Source: Vicugna vicugna (taxonomy: Eukaryota). Taken from it: a stretch of DNA of 64,000 nucleotides. Where the stretch lies: the NCBI GenBank assembly GCA_013265495.1, contig MU058718.1, positions 4,423,648 through 4,487,647 of the forward strand, read 5' to 3'. Every line of letters begins with the position of its first letter. Position 1 is the stretch's first letter. Of the stretch, positions 1 through 12,000 are shown piece by piece. The notes beneath the pieces were generated by a model, which saw nothing but the letters and a program-made list of their open reading frames with translations, made no database searches and had not been told where the DNA came from. The translations under genes and the position numbers were made by a program.

Positions 1-8
1 AGACTTAC

Positions 9-81
9 CTGGGTTTTGTTTTAGGTAAATGTGTAAGCTGTTTCCAACAGTTTGTTATGACATTATGAATCCAACCATCAC
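9..81 (-). CDS. KLHDC1: KLHDC1 exon 10 ([25 protein letters not shown])
   Basis: TCACAG| acceptor, |GTAAGT donor at 8, 73 nt. Confidence 0.93.
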
Positions 82-3058
82 CTGTGATATTATGACAGTT
101 CAGAAATTAAGGTTAGGTCTTTGGGATAGAATTTTCATTTTTTCCCCTAAATTTATCATGCTACCTTTATATGACTATCTTTTGTGTGTGTGCATATTTT
201 ATCTTAAAAATTCTCAAACATATACAAAAGTAGAGTAAACATGGCAAGGAGCCTTCACATATCCCAGATTCAACAACTATTATGATTTTTACCATGTGTT
301 CCATTCATCTCTTTTTGTTACTCTTCTTCCTGAATTATTCTAAAGCAATTCCTAGTTGTCTTATCATTTTCCCCACACATATACTTCAGTGGTGCATTTG
401 CACATTTTTTTTTTACAAAACCGCAATGCCATTATCACATACCACAATGCCTTTGTCATATAATCACTATGCCACTGTCACATAACCACAATGTCATTGT
501 CACAGCCAACAAAACTAAAAGTAATTTGTTGGTATCATCTAATACCCATATGACTATATCTTAGGCTGAATCTCTGAAGGGGGAACTGACTGGACTAAGA
601 TTTAGGACATTTAATTCTCCATGGTTCAATGACAAAGAAACAGCAAATAGGATTTTGAAACAGTAGAGCTCATGAAGATACGGTATTAACAACCCCTAGT
701 AAAATAGACAAATGTTAGTTTTTTCCTTCCAGTTTTATTGAGATACAATTGATGCACAATACTGTGCAAGTTTAAGGTGTATAGATGTTAGTTTTTAAAT
801 TAGATTCCAAATCTCTTTGAATTAAAACCCTCACAAATTGGAGAAGCATAATAATCTACAATAACCAACACCTCCTACCAGACTGCTGTTCCTCCAACCA
901 GCCTCTGGAGTTTGTTTCTTGGCTAGCAGACTGCTAGACCCACCGGTGATGCTCAATAAATTTTTATTGAAAAACAAATAGTTGTTTTTAGATCCTATAT
1001 AAAGTTGTATAAATCATTTTAAGGGTATATAAGGTTTCTTAAGGAAAATATCTCTAGCCGTAGAAAATTTCTGAGTTAAATTAAAAGACATTTAATGTGT
1101 CAAAATAAATGGATATTCTTGGTCATTTGTCTATCCTGACAACACAATTTTACTGCTGAAAGAAAAACTACATTACGAAACCCAAGGGGGTTAGCAGTGA
1201 CAGGAGTTAAAAAGCTCTATCTAAGCACTTCCATTTCTAGTTCTGGAACAAAAAGAGAAGCAACTGGCCTTCCCACCTTGTATTTCCAGAGCCTTCTTGG
1301 AAAGGCTGCTTTTCTAATCCCCATTCCAGCCTACAGTGTAAACAACTGGATCAAAAATTAGGAGAACACAATCACAGAACACTAGAGTTGAAAGGGGCTT
1401 TAATTCATCTAGCTTCAGCCACTCCTCCTTTCCCTGTACCTAGGGAACAGGAGGACTTAGAGAGGCAAGGGTACAAAAGCAAAGAGGCCTTCTACTTCTT
1501 TTCTTTTCTTTTCTTTTCTTTTTTTTAATTGAAGCATAGTTGATTTACAATGTTGTGTTAGTTTCTGGTGTACGGCATAGTGATTTGGTCATACATACAC
1601 ACAGACATATTCTTTTTCGGGTTCTTTTTCATTAATAGGTTATCACAAGATATTGAACATAGTTCCCTGTGCTATACAGTAGGACCTTGTTTATCTGCTT
1701 CTAATTCTAACTGATGCAAGCACATAGTTGGGGATAAAGGCAAACCAGAAAATCAGAAAAAGAAAGACATGTTAAGTATCAAATGTAATTCAGTAAAAAG
1801 AGTAAGATGTCAATCATAGGCTATACTTTGATTGACTTACTTAATGGAGTATTGTCAGCACTTAGTCCACCAAATAGGAAAAGCGTATCATCGGCTATTG
1901 CTGTTAAAGTATGCCATGACCGGTGTTTGGGATTTTCTCCATTAATAGGAATCCTGTGGCAAGGGAAAAAATATAAAAATCTAATCACTGCGCTAGTCAA
2001 ATAAAAGATTTTTTGATCATCTCAAAAGAAAAACTGCCCTGCATACATTAAAAAATTTTTGATTTTACTAATCCCACCTAATGAATATTTTTAAAACGCC
2101 CTTAAATTCATGGATGAATTTACATAATTTCTTTCCATTTAATGTCTATCCCATCTGGCCACAGAACACAGACTAGAAATTAAAAAATCAATTCCCCATT
2201 AATTCACAATGGGTACTGAGCATCATTTGTGTTGGTTTATCAATAAAACGTCCTCAGTTTTTCAACATAATTATTTTCATGTCTATAATTTTTTTTTACT
2301 GTTGTTTCATGTTTAATTTTGTGTTTTCAGTTGACTTCTTTAAGGATATTATGGGACTTTGTTGCTGTTGTTTTTACTTTGGTCTATTTATTGTAGAATT
2401 TCCTGCAGCATTATCTTCACCTAAAAATGCTAGCTGTTTTAACTTCAAAATAAAAGTATAGGGGGAGGGTATATAGCTCAGCGGTAAAGCGTATGCTTAG
2501 TAATGCCTGAGGTCCTGGCTTCAATCCCCAGGACCTCCAATTTAAAAAAAAAAAGTAAATTTAAAAAAAAAGTAAATAAATAAAGAAACCTAATTACCTC
2601 CCCTTCAATAAATAAATAAAATAAATAAATCTATTTAAAAAACTGTTTTAAAAGTAAGTATGCAAACTAACAAAAAAAAAATCAAGTTAAAAAAAAAAAG
2701 CATGCAAGCCATCCTGGATAAACCTCTAAAGATTTCAATCAGATAGTATACTGTCATATTCTTAAAATAAAAACATAAGCATACAAGTTTAACTAATTTA
2801 GTAGGTGAGAGGACACCATTCTCTAGCTTTCTGGATGCTCCAGAATAACATGGGCCCTTTGTAGAAAATGTAATATGTTTTTTCCAAACTGGAAATATTT
2901 TTACTGTTTTTGTTGACTATAAGAACCATTGTAGTGGGAGGAGGGTATAGCTCAGTGGTAGAGTGCGTGCTTAGCATGCATGGGGTCCTGGGTTCAATCC
3001 CCAGTACCTTCATCAAAAGTAAATAGGTAGACCTAATTACCTCCCCCAACAAAAAGAT

Positions 3059-3097
<39 letters not shown>

Positions 3098-6000
3098 CAT
3101 TGTAGCTACAAAACATTCAACAGCCACAAAAATATTTTTTGGAAAGGAGAATTCCTCTATACCCTGTCCTCCAGCAATAAGAAATAATAATTCATTATAT
3201 ATCTTTCCCAACTTTAATGCACACATAAAGATATTTATTAAAAATAAATAAATGGGACCATATATTCTGTTCTGTTCTTTTTTCATTCAGTTAATGTGCT
3301 GTAGAATATTTCTATGAGGCATAGTTTTCCTTTGGTAATGGAAGCACAGCAGCCCATTGGGCAAATGTATCATGATTTAAACAACTCCCCTTTATGGATA
3401 TGAAGGCTGATGTCATGAGTTTGCTTTTATAAACAATGTTGCAATAAACATCTTTGTTGTATATGCAGACACACATACATACATGCTCACACATACAAAC
3501 ACTTGCCCAATTTTTGTCTTCAGAGAGATTCTGGATCAAAGTAGAAATTCCATTTTATATCTAAGTATATTGCCAGATTACTTTCCCCCCAAATTGTACC
3601 AATTTATACTCCCACTCATTCATTGTATTCTTACAACCCAGCACATACTGGCATTTGTAATTATTTTTATCTGATAAGTGAAACTATTATTTTTGTTTTT
3701 ATTCCTTTAACAATTTATGAGATTGTACATCTTTTAAAAATGATTTCTGCATATTTGCAATTCTTCTATGAGTTGTTCATTCATGTTCTTTCTTCACTGT
3801 CTTACTGGATTATTTGTCTTTTTCTTATGGATTTTCTGAGTTCTTGTGTATATTAGCCCTTTCTATTAGAAAGACTCTAAATATTACTTCTAGTTTGTTT
3901 TTTGTTTGCATCTTCCTATTTGCTTTTTACCTTTTGTGGCAAAATTTTCTATACAGAACTATTTAATTCTTAAGTGGTCTTCTCAATAAGTATTTTCCAT
4001 TCATGAATTTTGGGTTTATACCATCCTTAGAAAAGCTTTCTCCATGCCAAAATTTTATTTATTATTATTATTTTTTAATATATGCATTATTTTATTGTGA
4101 GTTTAGTGAGAAGATTTAGCCCTTTAAGCAGTGAGACCATAGTCCATGCCAAAATTTTAAAGATAATGTGTTATATTTATTTCTAGCACTTGCATGGTTT
4201 GTTTAGTTATTTATTTTGAAGAGTTTATGTTTTTTTTTTATAAATTTTTTTCCCTTAACACTGGCACTGGGGATTGAACCCAGGACCTCGTGCATGCCAA
4301 GCACTTGTTCTACCACTGAGAAATATCCCCCCCAACTCACCATGGTTTATTTTTAAATAATACTCATACTTTGGAAATAATATACAGCTCTGATTCCATT
4401 TCATTACACGAACAGCTGAACTGATAGCTACATATACTTACTCTATTGCTAAATATATACTATGAGCAATAAAATCTGACTTTTACCCACTAGATTGATT
4501 ACCTGTTCACCTGTGACAACCCCATTAAACTATTCCTTCATTTCTTCTACTGACCTGTCCTCAGGAGCATGTAGTATAAAACCAGTACTTTCACATAATC
4601 AATTTTTAACTGTTAGTACTCTCATTATTTTATATAGTTAAAGAACAAACTCTATATTTTAAATCTGCATATTCCTTGCTTAGACATTCAATCTGAAGGG
4701 GAAAAAAACACTAGTTCAGTTCTAGAGACCCAAATTTGGATTACAGCATGCATGTGCACCTGTGTGAGTGCAGACATACAAACACTCATACACACACAGA
4801 GAAATGCCTATGGGGGGTGATACAGCGCAAGTGGTAGAGCGCATGCTCAGCATGCAGAAGCTCCTGAGTTCAATCCCAAGTACCTCCTCCAAAGACAAAT
4901 AAAAAAGTAAATAAACCTAATTACCTCCCCCCAAAAAATGTTTTTAAAAAAAGAAAGAAATGCCTGTAGATTAAAATATACTTAAATTTAGAACTTACCT
5001 TCCAGACCAGGTCCAGGTATCTAAGTTTAGATAGTGCAAATCATTCATCCTAGTTTGCTAAAAACAAAAACGTGTATTAAATTGGTCACTGTTTTACATC
5101 TTTCATGGGCCAAAATTTTGGTTTCCAAATAAATTCAGATTAAAAATAGATTAACTCTATTTTACTTCAAGTCAGAAGTTTATATATTGGAAAACAATGC
5201 TAAGCATTAATAAAACTAGCATAGAGCTACCAAATTACCATGTCAAGGGGGAAAACAAGAAATGAGTTTAAACTAATAAGGTTTAGATAATAAGAAATTA
5301 AACTTTTCTGATAATTCACTGAAGTGAAGGATTCTCCCCATTAAAATATGGGTTATAATCATCTATGATTACTCATGTATGGTCTGTTTGAGGAACAGAA
5401 GATTTTAAAAAGTTATTAATAAATGGCACTTTAATCTCTAGATGATTTGAATGTTCAGCTATTCCACAAAATCAATTTTTATAGGAAGTATCACACAGAA
5501 AAGACCATTTCCATAAAAAAACACTAACCAAAACACGTCCGCCAAAGATATAGCCCTTGTTTCCCAGAACTGCACACGTGTGCGCGGCTCGTGGCTGTGG
5601 TGGAACTCCACCCTGCAAGCAGAGATCAGAAAACAGTGCAAAGGCTCTTGAAGCATCTATAACGAAGTCACATTCCTACGCTCAGAATGAGAAATACTTG
5701 ACTGCTTAGTTACCGTTACTGATGTAACTGAATGAAAAACTCTAATGCCAAAGTTTGTTCTAAATAGTAATAATCATAGACAAATACTCCTCTTCAATAA
5801 TTAATTTACTCACCCTGATCTTCACCTTTTAAAGTATTTTTCTTAAATGCCTGACACTATTTAGCAAAAAAGATTTCACATAAATTTTAACTTAAAATAT
5901 AAGGATTTAAAAATTAAATTTAAAAACAGTCTCTTTCTCTCCCCCACCCCACCCTTTCTTTTCCCTCTCTCTTCTCTTTCTGTCTCTCACATACACAAAC

Positions 6001-9000
6001 GCACACATGCACACACACAGGGTTAATATTATGAGTGAGCAGCACACAGTGTCATGATCTCAGAGATTTTTTTAAAAATTAAATCTGCCCCCCAAAACTC
6101 TTGGTGCTTCAAATAAGAACTTCACTCTTGGCTTAAGCCAAATAGAGTTTAATCTCTTACTAAAACTCTTCACATTAACTGATGATACTTCTTTGTACTT
6201 TACTTTGAATATATATAGCAGATCTTTTCTTCAGAGAAGTTTTGGATTGGTGGGAAAACAGAAAGTATAAATGGTAGGTGAATGCATAAGACTTGAAGGA
6301 AGAATTCTGTGCATAATTTTCCTGTGGTCATGGAGGGTGCTTTTGTGTATGTATTTCAACCGAAGTTCTGAAAGTACCCGAGATTTTCAGTTCACTGGCT
6401 ACTGAATGTGGGCATAAGAAATTTAAACTCCACATCTAATATCATAACTTCCCAGACTTTTCAGTTTTATTTGAATAACTATGAAGTCAAATGGTAAAAA
6501 ACTAATTCAGATATTAGCCATATAACACTTAAATAAATGAGAGAGAACCATCTGTGTTGCAGTTTCCAACCCTCCCAGCAAAACAAGTTTTATTATCCCA
6601 TCCCTGATCTGAAATTTTTTAGAAAAAATCTTCTACTATATACATGTTCATTATGAAATAAATATTGACTTTCTCCTTTTTGTTTATGAAATACATTTAA
6701 TGGTCAACCCAAGTATCTGAATAAACTGAGTTCATACCAATCTAAACAAAAACAAAATAATGACATTTGCATTAGCTGGTGTGGCTAACTGGGTAAATAA
6801 TGCACAACGCTTCTTAGCTTGTTTGAAATAGTGAAAATAACTCAAAGACCCCTATGACTACTATACTGACTCAATGGGGTTAAAAAAAATCTAATGAAGG
6901 AAAACATTTTTGACTTCCCATTTTACGGATGACACACTGTATCTTTTATCTAAAAGCACACTGCTCTTTTATGACACAATTAGAACACCAATCCAGTATC
7001 CTCAACCTCAAGACCAATAACTGTTACACTCAACCATGTTACCTTGCCTTTTGATGCAGATAGTTAGGAACAGTGAGTTAACTTAAGAATGTCTCTAAAA
7101 AAAATTAAGAGAACAGATTCTAGCTACAACCACATCAGAAAAACTTTCTGATGTAATATAAACAATGTAAGAACGTACTTGAAGAAATCATCAGAGAAAT
7201 TACAGTGAAAATATTGCTAAACACTAACTGCAAAAATGCCATGTGCATGTTAGAGTGTTGGAGCAGAAGGAGGGGAGGGAAGCGGATTAAGGTAAGGAGA
7301 GGAAGAAGGAATCACAGTAAGACTTGAAGTTCGGAGAACTAATAATAAGCTACCACACTTGTCTCAGGAAGCACATTCTGAAGATTTGCCTGCAGGAGCT
7401 CCAGACTCTTGCTTCCTCTCTAAGGAAGCAGAGGGTTAAGAGGCCCGACAGAGATCTAGGATGAGTTTCAGTAGACCCCATCTCAACAATATCTCTCTCC
7501 ACCTGCTTGCTGATATGAAATTATTTCAGCAGAGATAAAATGCTATCATTTCATTATTTCCCACACATCTAAAAATTCACATGCTGACTTTAGGAACATT
7601 CAGTCAACAAATATATTTGACTGATAGTTGATCAGTTCTAAAATTAGAAGAGAACAGAAGAGTACTGGAAACCTGAAGGTCACTGCTTGGAAAAAGAGGG
7701 TGCCAGTGGTCAAATCTTGTAACACGTAACATTTTGCATAGGACCTCCCATCACTTCCATCAGCAGAAGCTGAACTGTAAGGAATTCTGGGCATAGATGC
7801 GTATTAGTGGACAATTTTGGTTTTGCCTATTCAGCATTCTATTCTGCACAGTTCTGGTGAGCTGACCAGTCACAACACCTTGCTGCCCTAGGAACAGGCC
7901 TGAAACTCGGGCTGGCCAACCATTCCCTTGGCAACAGGGACTGATGTAAAGAGTGGGAACAGGCCCAAGTAGAGCCAGCGTCCCTTTCTCGGACGAAGAT
8001 AGAGATATTGAGACAATACAGCACCAGCAGAAAGAACAGCTTGTGTAGCCAGGGCCATATTCCCTCCTCAGTGAGCTGGCCAGTCTGGAGCAGGCAGGAT
8101 GAAGCTAGCACACAAAGAGCAGGAGAGAGAAGTCGACCAAGAGAGATGCAAATATGGATGGTGTTGGATAACTTGCTCTAGTTCCTTACACCCTGGTCCC
8201 TGTAGCTCTTCCACTGTATGAGCCACTTCAAAGTATACTTTCCAGCTCTGTGAGAATTCATTATTGCTTGAACTAATTTGAATTTGTGTTCGCTCACTAG
8301 CACATGAAACAGTATTAAGATTTCAAGGGTTTATGAAACACGGGCTTTTTAAAATCATGGACTTTGTTATAAAAGGACTTTTTAAAAGAGCCTGCATTAA
8401 ATCAGGGCATTACACTTGTTGGTAAAGAATGATGATGACACCTCTTTAAAAGATTTTTCTAGAAAACTTTAATTAACCTGGAGAAAAGTATGTGATTTAA
8501 AAAAAAAAGTACTAGTGACAGTACTCAAGAGAACCCCTTTGTATGTGATTACAAACTCAATTACTAAATTCCAATAACCTAGTAAAACAATAGATTTTAA
8601 AAGTAACAATGAATATACAAATATAAAGTTACCTTTTTATAATACTTACTTTAATTTCTGGTTGAAGCCAATTCTGTGTCTTTGTATCAAATACATGAAC
8701 ATCATTATGCCATCCCCAGAATATCTGCTCTTCCTAAAACAAAAAAAAAGTTTAAATATTTTAAAAGCTTTTATAATCTTTATGTTAGTGTAATAGTTTC
8801 ACTGTATATTTGCTGGTGAAGTAATAGACACTTTTATAGAAATAGTCAAGCGTGACCATAGCCATACAGCTAACGCACACACAAGTGGCTCACCAAGTGT
8901 GGTTCCCCAGACCCTAGAAGCATCACCTGGCAACTTGTCTTCTCATAGTATTGCTTGCATGAGTCATAATTTTACTTGTTGACAATCTTTCAATTCTCTC

Positions 9001-12000
9001 AAAAGACTGTCTCTTTTAAAATTACAGAGGACAGAATGATATTTACATCTGGAAATCTCTTTTCCTACAGTATATACTCAGAATTCCTAATCTTTCCTAT
9101 TAGAAACTTTAGGGAACAATAGTTCCTTTTTTCCAAAAAGTTTCAATCACTTCTGCTTAACTAAGCAGCTTGCACTTATACTTCAAACTTATGCTCACTC
9201 TCTTCTTTGTCTTCCAAGAAGACAAAATCGTTGGCGAGGCAAAGATTTTAGCAGTTATACTGTATTTAGCATCTTCTGCATTGTTGAAATCCTCTATCAC
9301 TGCTCTAGCTTACCTCTGGGCCAGTTTTATGTTATGTCAGGAATACATCATTCATTTTTGTCAGGACTTGTCAAACAAGTCAAATAAACTAAACAATTCA
9401 CTTAGTTTAGAACATAAATGAAGAAATATACTTGTACACCAGAAACTTCAGGACATGATCACTAGCCTAACTGTATTCGGGGAGAAAAAAAAATTAGAGA
9501 GTTCACTGATGAGTAAAACTAATTTCACATAAATAATGTGAAGTTATATATCTAAAATTATCAATAATACTGTAAGTAGCAAAACCTTAAAGATATTTCA
9601 GCTTAAAAACTCAAAAACCATGTAAACACACAGAAAAATTTTAAATACCCATATACATATAAAATGTACATATGCATGTACATTAACAAGGTAAAATATC
9701 ATATGCTAGTAGAAGGTAAAACTGAAGAGTTACTGTATACCCTGGTGGTGGGATCAATAGTTTTTTAAGTTATTTTTTAGAAGATTTCATTTTATAAGTC
9801 ATAACTTCTTTCATTAATAATAGTTTATTCTCTAACCAGTAAGAATAAGAAGAAAAAGTAGTATCACTACCGACTTACTCTCATACAGAAGCCAGTCTGA
9901 GCTATGAATAGTTTTGGTGGACGTACCTGAAAGGAGGTGTATGTCAGCAACAGCCACTGTGGTCACCTATGAACAAAGGTTCTCCAAGTTGTGCTACAGC
10001 CACTACTTGCCTAACAGAAAGAGCTCTAAGTGATTCATGACATCAGAAAAGAAATGACTCTGCCAGCAGCCATGACGGCTGATACCATTAGGTGAGAGAA
10101 CCTCCTGCAACTGAACCCAAATCCAAAAGAGAGAAAACTCATTTTTATTCATAGTGCCAATAATGGCAAATTTAAATGAGAAAGACTGGGCTCATTATTT
10201 CTAAAGACTTTAAAGCAATATCAAATTAGAGGAAAATGTGAACAGTGATTACTCTTACCCAAGATGCATCATGAACATCAAAACAGTCTTGGAGTTCATT
10301 GTGTCTCCTACACCCATAGCCACCAAAATATATTAATCTGAAAAACAAATACAAAAGAACATACTTTTGGATTCTACTTCCAGTTTGTTCATAGATAGTT
10401 GAGAGAGAGAGTTTTTCTCACAACGTAACAAACTAAACAAGCCATATAAACTACAAAACCGAAGTTTAAGAAAAAAATCAAAGAGTTAAGGAAACAAAGA
10501 ACTAAATGAACGAATTCCAGAAAACAATGAGTTCTCAGTAGGAGAGAAGAGATCTATGGCTGCTTCATCCCTCATGTGATAGCAGGAGGAGGAAGAATCC
10601 AGCACAGATAGGGCTTGTAAAAGAAACCACCCAGAATTTTAACAGCCACATGAAGGCTGGCATGGTAAATTAGTATCTTAAGAAATTCCTGCAAAGAAGG
10701 AGTTAAGAGTCCACTCAGTGACTCCTTCACATAGTCCTCAGAGAGGGCTCAGGGTCAGTCACCAAAAGCTAGAAGCAGAAGAGAGCTCAGCAAACCTCCT
10801 TGAGGCAATCTGTGCTATCAACTACTAACGTCTGAGATCAGGGCAAGAGAGTCAAAGGAAACATTTTGGAAGCATGCCAAACCCTTATACCAGATGCGGC
10901 AGCTCCCTTCAAAAGGCCAGGGGAGGAGGTACAATGCTTAACGAGATCTCCTAGGGTACAGAAAGAATAAAGTGGGATTGGAGAGCAAAGAAAACTCTCT
11001 AGCAACCCAAAGACTGACCAACTAGGCTATAAAATAGGGAGAGAGCTCCCATAGTTCTGAGAGGTAGGAACTCAGCTGTGAAGCACAGCTAAAAATCTCC
11101 AGACACTCTCTCATGCTCAAATAAGGGGCCCTAGCAAAGAACAGTCTTGATCCTGCCTCAGAACACTTAAAGTCAGTGGTAAAACTGAATCAAACTAAAG
11201 CTGCAACAAAGCCCAGACACCTTAACTATAGATTAGACTGATTTAACTCCCATTCTAGCAGCCTGAAAAAGGAAGGAAGGGCATGTCCTTTCCTGGAGAC
11301 AAACATTATTTATTTCAATCTTTACTGTTCTTTCATACAGAATGTCTGTCAAATGATGAAAAAAATTACAAAATATAGGAAAAGTTAAAAAAAGTGACCC
11401 ATGATCAGGAGAGGAAACAGTCAATATAAGCTGACCCCAAGGTGCCCCAGATATTGGAATTATCAGACATGGCCTTTAAAATAACTATGGTAAAAATGCT
11501 AACAGACCAGTTTGCAAAAGGTGGACAACTTGCAGGAAGAACTGGGTAATTCTGGCAGAGACATGAAACCATGAAAACAAACTAAATGAAAATGCTAAAA
11601 ATGCAAAATAAGATGTCAGAAATAAAGAAAGTCATTAGATAGCCATAACAGGAAACTGGAAACAGCAATGGAAAAGATCAGTGAACTAGAAGACAAGCCA
11701 ATAGGTTAAAAAAAAGTATCCAAATTAAAACACAGAGAAGAAAAGAATGCGGGGAGAAACAGGAAGCCCAAGCTCTGTGGAACAATATCATGTGGTCTAA
11801 TGTGTATATAAGAGGAGTCCCAGAAGGAGAAGAGGCAAATAAATGGGAAGAAGAAGCACTTGTTAATTACTGAGAACTTCCTAAAACTGATGAAAGCTAT
11901 AAACCCACCAACCCCAGACACTCAGCAAACTCCAAGCTGGATAAAGATAAAGGAAACTACATGTAGGCACATTTTAATCAAATCAATGAGGTACAAAAGC

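Noticed and set aside
420..505. Short direct repeats as a CRISPR-like array
   Set aside because: Mammalian DNA; the units are contiguous with no spacers, so this is a degenerate minisatellite.
2798..3286. 162-aa ORF with a poly-Phe run
   Set aside because: Antisense read-through of a SINE and its poly(A) tail.
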